A stretch of DNA of 64,000 nucleotides from an uncultured Verrucomicrobiae bacterium (GTDB taxonomy: Bacteria; Verrucomicrobiota; Verrucomicrobiia; Chthoniobacterales; UBA10450), in assembly GCA_963834385.1 (NCBI GenBank), contig CAWIBO010000005.1, forward strand, positions 384,001-448,000. Direction: 5' to 3'. Both the position numbers and the translations under genes were made by a program. The notes beneath the pieces are model-generated. The model did no database searches. It had not been told where the DNA came from and saw nothing but the letters and a program-made list of their open reading frames with translations. This document shows positions 1 to 8,465 of this stretch, piece after piece (position 1 is the stretch's first letter; each line of letters starts with the position of its first letter).

Positions 1-189
1 CTCCAGCCAGTCAATGATGCGATCAACCGTCTCGCGGGTCATGATCTCCTTCCGCTTCGGCCCGGCGTTCACGTGGCAATGGATGCAGGTCAGGTTGCAA
101 AGCTTGCCGACATTGACCTGTAAAATCTCGGTGCGGGCGTGGCGCAAGGTGAGCTGATGCTCGAGCAGCCTGTGGGAAAAACGGTTCAT
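1..189 (-). CDS. arsS: Radical SAM protein, ArsS (arsenosugar biosynthesis) family, 5' part; runs off window start
   Basis: Not in ORF track; manual translation MNRFSHRLLEHQLTLRHARTEILQVNVGKLCNLTCIHCHVNAGPKRKEIM.. has CxxxCxxC in the ArsS-type LQVNxGKxCNxxCxHCHVxAGP context; ATG overlaps the PiT stop (ATGA). Confidence 0.85.
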   Translation of the reverse strand, partial: MNRFSHRLLEHQLTLRHARTEILQVNVGKLCNLTCIHCHVNAGPKRKEIMTRETVDRIIDWLE

Positions 190-1308
190 GACGGACGGGT
201 GCCCCAGAAGATCAGGCCGCCGAGGAGCGCGGCGCAGGGGAGAGTGACAATCCACGAAAGAACGATGTTCCGGATCACGGCGGGATGCGCGCGCCCGGTG
301 ACGAGGCCGATGCCGAAGAGCGAGCCGACCGAGACATGGGTCGTGGAAACCGGGAGACCGAAAAGGCTGGCGGAGACCACGAGGCAGGCGGTTGAGAGGT
401 TGGCCGAGAAACCCTGGCCATGGTTCATGCCGGTGACCCGCCGGCTCATGGTGTGGGCGACCTTGCGCGCGTGGAGCAGGCCGCCGACGGCCATGGCGCC
501 GGCGATGGCGAGAAAGGCGTAACGCAGCTCGAGCCCCTGCCAGAGCAAGAGGAGCGCGGCGATCTTCGGGGTATCGTTCAGGCCCCGGGCAAAGCTGACC
601 ACGCCTGCGCTGCCAAAGTGCGCCGCGTCCATGGCCTGCTGCGCGCCCAGGCCGAGAAAAGAGCCGGCGTAACGTTCCTGGCAGTTCTCCTGTTCATCGA
701 CGGTGAGGGAGAGCGGAGGCGCCGGCGTTTGAAACGAAAGAAGCGAGGCAGGCTGCGCCATGGCGACGACCCGTTGTTCCGAGCCCAGACAGACGCACCA
801 TTCCTTGCCGATGCCGGTCAGGAGCCGGGTGGTGCGGAAGAGGAAATAGATCAGCGCGCCGAGAAGAAGGGCGGCGAGCGGGCTCAGGAGCAGCGGGAGA
901 ACAAAGCCCTGGCCGAGCGCGGAAAAGTTGAGGGCCGGGCCGACCGCGACCAGTCCGCAGCCGACGATCGCACCGGTCAGGGCGTGGGTGGTGGAAATGG
1001 GAAAACCGGTGCCGGTGGCCAGGATGACCGTCAGCCCGGCGCCGAGAGCGACCGCGAGCACGAAGTATTCCGATCCGACCACCGCCTCCGGCACGAGGCC
1101 TTTGCCGCTGAACTTTTTCAGGAGCGCCTGGGCGAGGAAAATGGAAGCGAGCGAGCCGGCGAAGGTGGTGACGGTGGCCCAGGAGAGGGCGGTGCGATAA
1201 CCGCAGGTGCGGCTGCCGTAGAGGGAGGCCACGCCCTTGAAGTTGTCGTTGGCGCCGTTGCTGTAAGCCAGGAAACAGGTGGCAAGGAAAGAGGCCGGCC
1301 AGGAGCAT
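186..1308 (-). CDS. PiT family inorganic phosphate/anion transporter (1-nt indel near 1290)
   Basis: NGAND, PISTTH, GLNDTPK, PVSTTH signatures; ATG at 1308 joins the main frame if one T is removed from a T run. Confidence 0.85.
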
Positions 1309-1311
1309 CGC

Positions 1312-2190
1312 TCAGGCCCGGTAGGCGCCCTTGAAGAAGAGCCGGTAGACCGCGCCGCCAGCCAGTCCGCCCACCAAAGGTGCGATGATGTAAACCGTGA
1401 GCCAGCCCGCGCCGTTGACGCGGAACGGCACCGAACCCCAGCCGGCCAGGGCGGAAAAGAGACGGGGACCGAAATCACGCGCGGGATTAAGGGCGGCCAT
1501 GGTGAGCGGCCCGAAAAGCGAGATCAACAGGGTAAGGGTGAGCCCGATGGTGGCCGCGGTCAGGATCTGCGGGCGGGTGGCGTTCCGCTCGTCGGTCACG
1601 CAAAAAATCACCAGGACAAGGATGGCCGTGCCGACAACCTCCGCGCCAAAGGCCTGGGCCGAGGTGATCAGGAGGGGCGTGGCCGCGGCGATCGGTTTGC
1701 CGCCCGGGTTCGGGAAGTATTCGCCGAAGACCATGGCGGTGGCCTCGCTCCCGGGTCCGCCGCGCACGATGTCGTTCTTCGCCTCGTAAGCGGCGAGAGC
1801 GTTGTTGAAGATGGCGTAGAGCAGGGCGGCGGCGACAAACGCCCCGAGCAATTGGACCACGACGTAGGGAAGGACAAGGCGCTTCGGGAATCGCGCCCAG
1901 ACCGCCGCCGCGACCGTCACGGCCGGGTTGAAATGCGCGCTGCTGAGCGATCCCGTCAGGTAAATCGCCGTGGCCAGGCCGAGACCCCAGACAATCGCCA
2001 CCTGGAAAATGCCGACCTGCGCCCCGGTGGTGACGGCGGTGCAAAGGCTGCCGCAGCCGAAGAAAACGAGCAGGAACGTTCCGAAAAACTCACCAACAGC
2101 CCATTTCGGGATGCGGGCCTGGGCTACGGCGACGTCGGCGGAAGGATGCGGGGGCGGTTCGGGGCGGGTGGCGCGGATGGTATCGCTCAT
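1312..2190 (-). CDS. MIP family channel, aquaglyceroporin (GlpF-like)
   Basis: Two NPA boxes (HFNPAVT, LNPARDFGPR); NPARD is typical of aquaglyceroporins. Confidence 0.92.
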   Translation of the reverse strand: MSDTIRATRPEPPPHPSADVAVAQARIPKWAVGEFFGTFLLVFFGCGSLCTAVTTGAQVGIFQVAIVWGLGLATAIYLTGSLSSAHFNPAVTVAAAVWARFPKRLVLPYVVVQLLGAFVAAALLYAIFNNALAAYEAKNDIVRGGPGSEATAMVFGEYFPNPGGKPIAAATPLLITSAQAFGAEVVGTAILVLVIFCVTDERNATRPQILTAATIGLTLTLLISLFGPLTMAALNPARDFGPRLFSALAGWGSVPFRVNGAGWLTVYIIAPLVGGLAGGAVYRLFFKGAYRA

Positions 2191-2200
2191 GGCTCTGGTT

Positions 2201-3358
2201 TTAGCAGCAGGCGCCGCCGTCGCAACAACTGCTGTTGGCCTCGGTCGTCACCTTGTAATCCTGCCCCTTGGTTTCCTTCGGATGCCGACGCGCCGTGCGC
2301 GAGCAATCAAACGGCTTGGCCTCGTCCGCGGGCACGGGGTTGATCGGATCGATAAACTCGAAGAACTCCCGGTAAGGCGCCTTGCGGTAGAGGTTGTAAG
2401 TCTTGTCGCAGACGGCGTAACGGCCGCCACGTTCCATCCGGTGATTATCGTCGTCGAGCACCTCGCGGAACGGTCCCTTGTAAATGACCGCCTGGTTCCG
2501 TTCGACGCACGGGCCCTGTTTGCCCTTGAAAGCCTCGATCGTGACCGAGCGGAACTCGATGCCTTCGACCGTCTGCCACGGTTCCCCGTCGCGTTTCAGG
2601 ATCTGGATGCCGTAGAAGCCGGCCTCGCTGAAGGCCTGCAGGAAACCTTCCTCGGTGAGCGCGCCGGAGATGCAGCCGCTCCAGAGGGTGGGATCGTTCT
2701 GGAGATGTGCCGGGACTTCCTCGTCGCACACGATATCCGAGATGACGGCGCGGCCGCCGATGCGCAGGACCCGGAAAATTTCCTGGAAAAGCTGCTGTTT
2801 GGCCGTGGCTTCGACGAGGTTAAGGACACAGTTGGAGACCACCACATCGACCGATTCATTGGCCACGAGCGGATGTTTGACCCGAAGATCCTGGGCGAGC
2901 TCATCGGCGCGGAGGAACGAAGCGGCATCGGTGATCGGGCGCGCCTTCAGTTCCTCGTCGAGACGTTCCAGGTCGAGGGCCAGATCCTGGATCCGGCCTT
3001 TGCGGAACTCGACGTTCCCGTAACCGATCGCCTTGGCCACGGTGGGAGCGTTCCGGCGCGCCACTTCGAGCATGTCATCGGTCATGTCCACCCCGATGAC
3101 CCGGCCCTCGGGGCCGACCACCTGGGCGGCGATGAAACAGATCTTGCCGGTACCGCTCCCGAGATCGAGCACCGTCTCGCCCGGTTGGAGGTAACGGGAA
3201 GGATCGCCGCAGCCATAATCGCGCTCGATCACCTCCTGCGGGATGACCTTGAGAAACTGGGGATCGTAATCGACCGGGCAACAGAGCTGGCTTTCGCGGG
3301 CCTGCGCCCCGGCGGCATAACGTTCGCGAACAGCGGTTTCAGTATTGATCGTTTTCAT
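2201..3358 (-). CDS. arsM: Arsenite S-adenosylmethionine methyltransferase (ArsM-like) with C-terminal extension
   Basis: LCCPV, YGCGDP, VLDLGSGTG, SNCVLNL, WSGCISGA motifs; Cys-rich tail CCDGGACC. Confidence 0.85.
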   Translation of the reverse strand: MKTINTETAVRERYAAGAQARESQLCCPVDYDPQFLKVIPQEVIERDYGCGDPSRYLQPGETVLDLGSGTGKICFIAAQVVGPEGRVIGVDMTDDMLEVARRNAPTVAKAIGYGNVEFRKGRIQDLALDLERLDEELKARPITDAASFLRADELAQDLRVKHPLVANESVDVVVSNCVLNLVEATAKQQLFQEIFRVLRIGGRAVISDIVCDEEVPAHLQNDPTLWSGCISGALTEEGFLQAFSEAGFYGIQILKRDGEPWQTVEGIEFRSVTIEAFKGKQGPCVERNQAVIYKGPFREVLDDDNHRMERGGRYAVCDKTYNLYRKAPYREFFEFIDPINPVPADEAKPFDCSRTARRHPKETKGQDYKVTTEANSSCCDGGACC

Positions 3359-3523
3359 GGGCGGCAGGTGGCGGGGTTACCCGGCAGGATAGGCATGGAA
3401 AGGGTTGCGGTGGAGCTTTTTATTCCGGCCGGGGACCGGAAACAGGACGAGAACAGGCACGTCGGGGTTCTACGATCAGCGCCGCCTCCCGGATGCGGGG
3501 GAGGGGGGTGGCGAGTCGAAAAG

Positions 3524-3648
3524 CGTGAATCGTGAATAGTTAATGGTGAATCGTGTAGGAATAGCGCCTCCCCATCGTGCTCCTACTCGTAATCGTGCTC
3601 GTAATCCTCTTCTCCGGTCGATCCTCCATCCTCAACCCTCGATCCTCC
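3524..3648. repeat. Three adjacent short-period tracts (7-mer GTGAATN, 6-mer TCGTRN, 7-mer TCNAYCC)
   Basis: cgtgaat cgtgaat agttaat ggtgaat; tcgtgc tcctac tcgtaa tcgtgc tcgtaa; tcgatcc tccatcc tcaaccc tcgatcc. Confidence 0.75.
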
Positions 3649-3835
3649 CGCGCGAGCGCCCGCTCGCGCGCCTTTCCCGCTTGTCAGCCGAGAAAGCCCC
3701 GGCTAAAACCGAGCCGCCATGGATCGGGTGAAACCGACGCAGGGAACCGGGGCGCAACCGCAATGAACGCAATGATCGCGTCTTATACTGCGCAATAATT
3801 CGGTCCACTTCTCGTTAGCCTTAACGCACCTCTCC

Positions 3836-4373
3836 ATGCACAGCGCGTTCCTTGACTTTCCACGCGAGCGCACCGAGTTCAGCGACACAAACTACGCTAT
3901 AGTAGGACGCGCTCTTGCCTATGCCACTTCGTTCGAGGCCAGTCTGTCGTGCGTTGAGCAGTCTTCAGCACATTCGTCAGCGAGTCCGAGAGCTGGCCTC
4001 GTCTATCCAAGACGCAGATGAGGCGTTTGCGACTGCCGTCGCGGAGGTATGGGACCAGAGATTACGTCGGCACGCCACACGCATCTTGGAGTATCACGAG
4101 TTTCCGTCCGACATAGCGGACACGGTCAAGCGAGCTAAGTCAGCCAGAAACGAGATCGCGCATGAGATCGCTCTCGGCATTTCCGATACCGTTGAGACCG
4201 ACGCCGGCCGCTACGAACTTTTGTCTATACTATCTCGCCTTGTGCACAGCGTTGCCGAGGGCCATATCGTCGTCGAGCTTACGTCACTCAGCGAGACACA
4301 TAAGTCGTTTCCGACACCACAATTCCTGTCTTCTTATCCCCTACGGATTGTCGAGTGGGTTGCCCAACCATAA
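3836..4373 (+). CDS. Cassette protein with HEPN-like RxxxxH motif (indel near 3945)
   Basis: ORFs 3836..4021 and 3915..4373 join into about 178 aa; helical, contains ARNEIAH. Confidence 0.6.
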
Positions 4374-4381
4374 CGAATGAG

Positions 4382-4421
4382 ATCTAACCAAGAGCTGCAA
4401 CCGAACTGGTTGTCGTTAGGC
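4382..4421 (+). other. Truncated attC site (internal deletion)
   Basis: ATCTAAC ... GTTAGGC spanning only 40 bp; L'' side present, L' missing. Confidence 0.6.
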
Positions 4422-4438
4422 GTTTTAGCACGCGTCCC

Positions 4439-5197
4439 GTGAAACCCGTCTCAAACGACAAATCCTCTCTGCCGCTCTTTACTCCTGCGCATGGTTTTTG
4501 TGCGTGCGGTTGCGGACGCCCGACAAAGATTATTGCCGGTAGGCACCTCAAATATTTCAGCGTCAAGCATCATCCGAAGTATCCGAACTGTCGACCCAAG
4601 CATCGCTGGATTCTACAGCGACCGCCTAGCCCGCCTCCCGCCTCGTCGCCGACCCCGGAGCCGCGACCCAAAGGGATGCGTGGGCCCATGCCGCGAACCC
4701 CCAAGGCACCCCCCATTCCACCACCAGCGCGAGGGAGCGCGCCTCAAGCGACTAATGATCGGCTTGCAGCGTTGGTTCACCGTATGCAATCCAACCCTGA
4801 ATTCGTCACCGAGCAGCGTCGGTGGCTTGGGGCCAATCAGGCCGGATCGGCACGGAAGTATTTTGCCGAACGCCGAAAGAATGATCCGAACTTCAAACTT
4901 CTGCAAAACCTCCGAGGACGGATCAACGCCGCACTCAAAGGTACCGGCAAGAGCAAGCGTACAATGCATCTAGTCGGGTGCTCAATCGCCGAACTGAAAG
5001 TGCATCTCGAAAAGCAGTTCACTCCCGGAATGAGGTGGTCGAACTACGGTGAGTGGCACGTTGACCATGTCGTGCCATGCCGTTCATTCGACCTTCGTCG
5101 CGCTGACGATCAACACCGCTGTTTTCATTTTACCAATCTCCAGCCGCTTTGGGCCGATGACAATTTTAAGAAGAGCGGCAAACACCCAAATGCCTAA
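4439..5197 (+). CDS. HNH-like endonuclease of phage/giant-virus type
   Basis: C-terminal NYGEWHVDHVVPC..CFHFTNLQPLWADDNFKKS; N-terminal CACGCG motif and Pro-rich linker. Confidence 0.7.
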   Translation: MKPVSNDKSSLPLFTPAHGFCACGCGRPTKIIAGRHLKYFSVKHHPKYPNCRPKHRWILQRPPSPPPASSPTPEPRPKGMRGPMPRTPKAPPIPPPARGSAPQATNDRLAALVHRMQSNPEFVTEQRRWLGANQAGSARKYFAERRKNDPNFKLLQNLRGRINAALKGTGKSKRTMHLVGCSIAELKVHLEKQFTPGMRWSNYGEWHVDHVVPCRSFDLRRADDQHRCFHFTNLQPLWADDNFKKSGKHPNA

Positions 5198-5351
5198 CCA
5201 ATCGATGGAGCTGACCGCGAGCCGCTCTGCGATCACACTTTCCATGATTCCAACCCCAGCAGTGTTTGCGACGCGCGCTCCCACGCCCGCATCGCTACGC
5301 GAAGCCTTGCGGGCAGGTCGTCCGCCGTCGCTCATCTTGTTCTCGTTAGAT
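5192..5351 (+). other. attC recombination site
   Basis: R'' GCCTAAC overlaps the ORF stop; L'' GATGGAGCTGAC pairs with L' GTCGCTCATC leaving extrahelical G and T; R' GTTAGAT. Confidence 0.85.
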
Positions 5352-5382
5352 CGCAATTCCAACACCGCACCAACCCCACCTC

Positions 5383-5625
5383 ATGATTGATGCCTACACA
5401 AAGTTCGTTCTCACCATCATAGCCATCTCGCTCCTCATCATTGCCGGCCGCGATTTGACTCTCATTCCCCAAGCTCACGCGCAAACAGACAGTGACGACC
5501 TTCTCGATATCAGAGCGTCGAAATCGGCGATCCAAGTCGACATCGTTTCTGTTGCTGGTAGGAGATTTTCGCCCCATGAACGTCGGTCTACCGGCGCGCC
5601 TCCCTGTTATTGGCGACGATCATGA
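5383..5625 (+). CDS. Small secreted/membrane hypothetical cassette protein
   Basis: Starts just after attC; hydrophobic N-terminus followed by AHA-Q. Confidence 0.55.
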   Translation: MIDAYTKFVLTIIAISLLIIAGRDLTLIPQAHAQTDSDDLLDIRASKSAIQVDIVSVAGRRFSPHERRSTGAPPCYWRRS

Positions 5626-5855
5626 TTAGCAGCTATTACATCGTGCGTGTCGCACGCGTGGATTCGAGGCGTCCCATTCCCGGCGAGTTTCTGGCCTTTC
5701 TTCGCAGCCAGTCCCACTTTCACGAGCTTACTGATACGGACTTCGTCTTTGCAGCGCCGAACGACACACTGGGACTGCGGGAAAAGATCAACACACTTTT
5801 GGGAACTGCGGGGAAGGCAGAAGTCAATGCCATCACATTCGATTCTCGGCCCTAA
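5610..5855 (+). CDS. Small hypothetical protein
   Basis: Co-oriented 81-aa ORF in the array; no recognised motif. Confidence 0.35.
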   Translation: MATIMISSYYIVRVARVDSRRPIPGEFLAFLRSQSHFHELTDTDFVFAAPNDTLGLREKINTLLGTAGKAEVNAITFDSRP

Positions 5856-6069
5856 GCGATTTAACCCATACGAAGAGTGTGAGCGGCTAATTTGGGAAAT
5901 TAGTGATTAGGATGGCGTGTTGGTAGACGTGATCTTTGAAATGCGGTCCCTGCGCTGCACCTGATCAGGAGCAAGGCTGTAATTCACGCTTTCCGTGCCT
6001 GCCATCGTGTATTTATGCTGCGTGGCAGGCACTGAAGCTCACCAGCTGACCTTGTGTCGCATTGAACAC

Positions 6070-6638
6070 ATGCTAGACAAGATTACGCGTCTACTCAGTG
6101 GCGAGTGTCTTCTCGCGCGACGCCCCAATGGAGGAGGCGTTATTCTTGCTCGCTCCATATACGTTTCGGTCATTGTCTACGCGGTGTCACTGATCATTAA
6201 AAGCGGAACAGAACCTGAAGCTATGTTGTCGTTCTCGTTCGCCGAGCTGAAGCGGAACATCAATGAGACTATTCCTTGGGTCGGAACAATCTTTGCCGGC
6301 GTGTATGCGGCTCTCTATACTCGTTATTCCAGCCAGTGGTCCTACCTGGTATCGCTCGGTACAACGAGCTTATGGCGGCAAAAGTGTCTGCCACCCAAGA
6401 CGCCGACCACGTCAACCGCGCCCTAGTAGACTGGCAAGCGGGGTTCGTCTCGGATGCATACACCCTACACTTAGACCGAAAGCCCCTTTTCAGGGGGGTG
6501 ATCGACCACCTTCTGACCAATGAGCAAGTTAAGGCGGAGACTCTAAAAAACTTCGATGGCGAGGACCTTGAGGAGTTTAAGCGTAGACATTTCCCGCAAG
6601 GCGTAGAAACGGACGCGCCTGATCGCCGCGCTGATTAA
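6070..6638 (+). CDS. Two-TM hypothetical protein (indel near 6350)
   Basis: ORFs 5995..6426 and 6276..6638 join at ..YSSQWSYL/RYNELM..; two hydrophobic helices. Confidence 0.55.
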
Positions 6639-6682
6639 CTCCGGCGTTCGGAAAAGCGAAGTCTCGCATCGGCGCGAAATCA

Positions 6683-6976
6683 GTGCCAGGCTATCCGCGT
6701 AAAGGCGAAGTTCACTACTGGAAGGAGACTGACGGGCGCTACCTTGGCTATCTCGACGCTTATCCTGATCACTGGACACAAGGTGATGATTTGGAGGACC
6801 TGAGGAAGCATCTCAAGGATCTGTTCGAGACCTTCGGCGCAGAGGACATTCCCGGAATCAAAAAGGAAGAAGAGCTTGAGGTGGCGTTAAGCGACTTTCT
6901 GGGTGCGGTCGGCCGGGGCTGCCTACCCATTCTCCTGGAGGGCTTCTACCCTTGCTCGGAAAGGAAATGCCACTAA
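6683..6976 (+). pseudogene. HicB-like antitoxin reading through into a possible decayed HicA remnant
   Basis: YLGYLDAYPDHWTQGDDLEDLRKHLKDL is HicB-like; where a GTGA stop/start overlap is expected the sequence reads GTTA; downstream GCLPILLEG. Confidence 0.55.
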
Positions 6977-6987
6977 AGTGACACTGT

Positions 6988-7245
6988 ATGAGGACCGAGC
7001 TCGTCACCACCCTGAAGCGCAAGGCTACCGAAATCATCGCTGAGCTGGAAGCAAGCGAGGATCCGGTGCTCATTACGCAGCACGGCAAGCCTGCGGCATA
7101 TCTTATGGCGGTGGACGCCTTTGATGTTCTCAAGCGCCGCCTCGGCATTCTGGAGGGCATCGCTCGCGGCGAACGGGCCCTTGGGGAGGGCCGCGTTGCT
7201 ACCCACGCGGAAGCCAAGAAACGCATGGCGCGATGGCTGCGGTAA
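6988..7245 (+). CDS. Phd/YefM family antitoxin
   Basis: TTLKRKATEII..PVLITQHGKPAAYL; overlaps the toxin start. Confidence 0.9.
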   Translation: MRTELVTTLKRKATEIIAELEASEDPVLITQHGKPAAYLMAVDAFDVLKRRLGILEGIARGERALGEGRVATHAEAKKRMARWLR

Positions 7246-7556
7246 TCTGGACTGAGCCGGCTCTCCAAGATCTCGACACCATCGCCGATTATATCGCGCT
7301 TGATGACCCGCAGGCGGCGCGAGGTCTTGTTCAACGAGTGTTTCAGCGTGTCGCGCAACTGGTGGGGCAACCCGAGAGCGGTTCACGCCCGCCTGAGATG
7401 CGCAGGTCACGTTACCGTCAACTGGTCGAACCGCCCTGCCGCGTTTTCTACCGCTACGACGGCGCGCAGGTCTTCATCCTTTATGTCATGCGCGGTGAGA
7501 AACGTTTCCGGAAGTCCCGCCTCACCAAGCGGGACCGCGGCAATCAAAACGTCTAG
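7233..7556 (+). CDS. RelE/ParE family toxin
   Basis: VIWTEPALQDLDTIADYIALDDPQAA..PESG..YRQLVEPPCRVFYR. Confidence 0.9.
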   Translation: MAAVIWTEPALQDLDTIADYIALDDPQAARGLVQRVFQRVAQLVGQPESGSRPPEMRRSRYRQLVEPPCRVFYRYDGAQVFILYVMRGEKRFRKSRLTKRDRGNQNV

Positions 7557-7666
7557 TCATGCCGCGCGGAAGCTTCCTAGGGACGGTTTTTGCAGGAACG
7601 GAGTTTCTTTCCCACGGGCGTAGTCTGATAGGGTCGCACGGTGAGCTGTTTCACCGCGCACGCCCG

Positions 7667-8449
7667 ATGATCACAACCCCGTCCTGTCATCCGGCGCCGT
7701 CTCTTGTTCCGGAGCAGCGGGCTGCGCCGGCTCGGTGCAAAGTCAGCATCGTGGTTCCGGTCTGGAACGAGGCGGGCCTGATCGGAACGTTTTTGCGGCA
7801 CCTGCGCCGTCGCGCGCCCAGCGCGGAGATCGTGGTGGTGGACGGCGGGAGCACAGACGGGACAAGGGAATTGGCGCGCCTCTGGTGTGATCGTCTCCTG
7901 GTGGTCGAGCGCGGCCGGGGCCGGCAGCTCAATGCCGGGGCGGCCGCTGCGCGCGGGGAGGTGCTTTGGTTTTTGCATGCGGATTCCCAGGTGCCGCCGT
8001 CGCCGCTGCGGGAGATCGAGAAGGTGCTGGCCGATCCAAGGCTGTCGTGGGCGGCTACTTCCGTATCGCGCTTCCGCGCACCCGGGTCGTTTATCGGCTG
8101 ACCGATTCCCTGGCGCATTACGCCGGGCTCCTCCTCCGGATCCGGTGCGGCGATCATGGTTTCTTTTGCCGGCGGGAACTGTTCGACGCCGTGGGCGGGT
8201 TTCCCGAGGTGCCGCTTATGGAAGATGTGGAGTTCTTTCGCGCCCTGCACCGATTTGGGCAGGTGAAAGCGGTCGGCGCCCGCCTGCTCATCAGCCCGCG
8301 CCGGTATGAACAGGTGGGTCGGTGGCGTTTGACTTGCGCCTATGGGTTGATCGCCACGCTCTATGCCCTCGGGGCGCCACTTGGCGTTCCTGCAACGGAT
8401 CTATGCCCGGACCTGCGAACCGGCTGCCCGCCCGCCCGCGCAAGGTTAG
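7667..8449 (+). CDS. GT2 glycosyltransferase, TIGR04283-like (arsenosugar-associated); indels near 8042 and 8382
   Basis: SIVVPVWNEA, VVDGGSTDGT, GRGRQLNAGA, FLHADS, GDHGFF, GGFPEVPLMED, ISPRRY across frames. Confidence 0.8.
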
Positions 8450-8465
8450 GATTTGCTCTGTCTTT

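Larger units (their letters stand above)
3814..7556 (+). mobile_element. Degenerate integron cassette array lacking integrase (CALIN-like)
   Basis: GTTRRRY core sites at 3814, 4415, 5345; attC sites after ORFs; short co-oriented genes, visibly lower GC, TA genes; no intI in window. Confidence 0.75.

Noticed and set aside
3770..3813. attI or dif site upstream of the first cassette
   Set aside because: AT-rich, but no convincing match to either consensus by eye and no integrase to anchor the call
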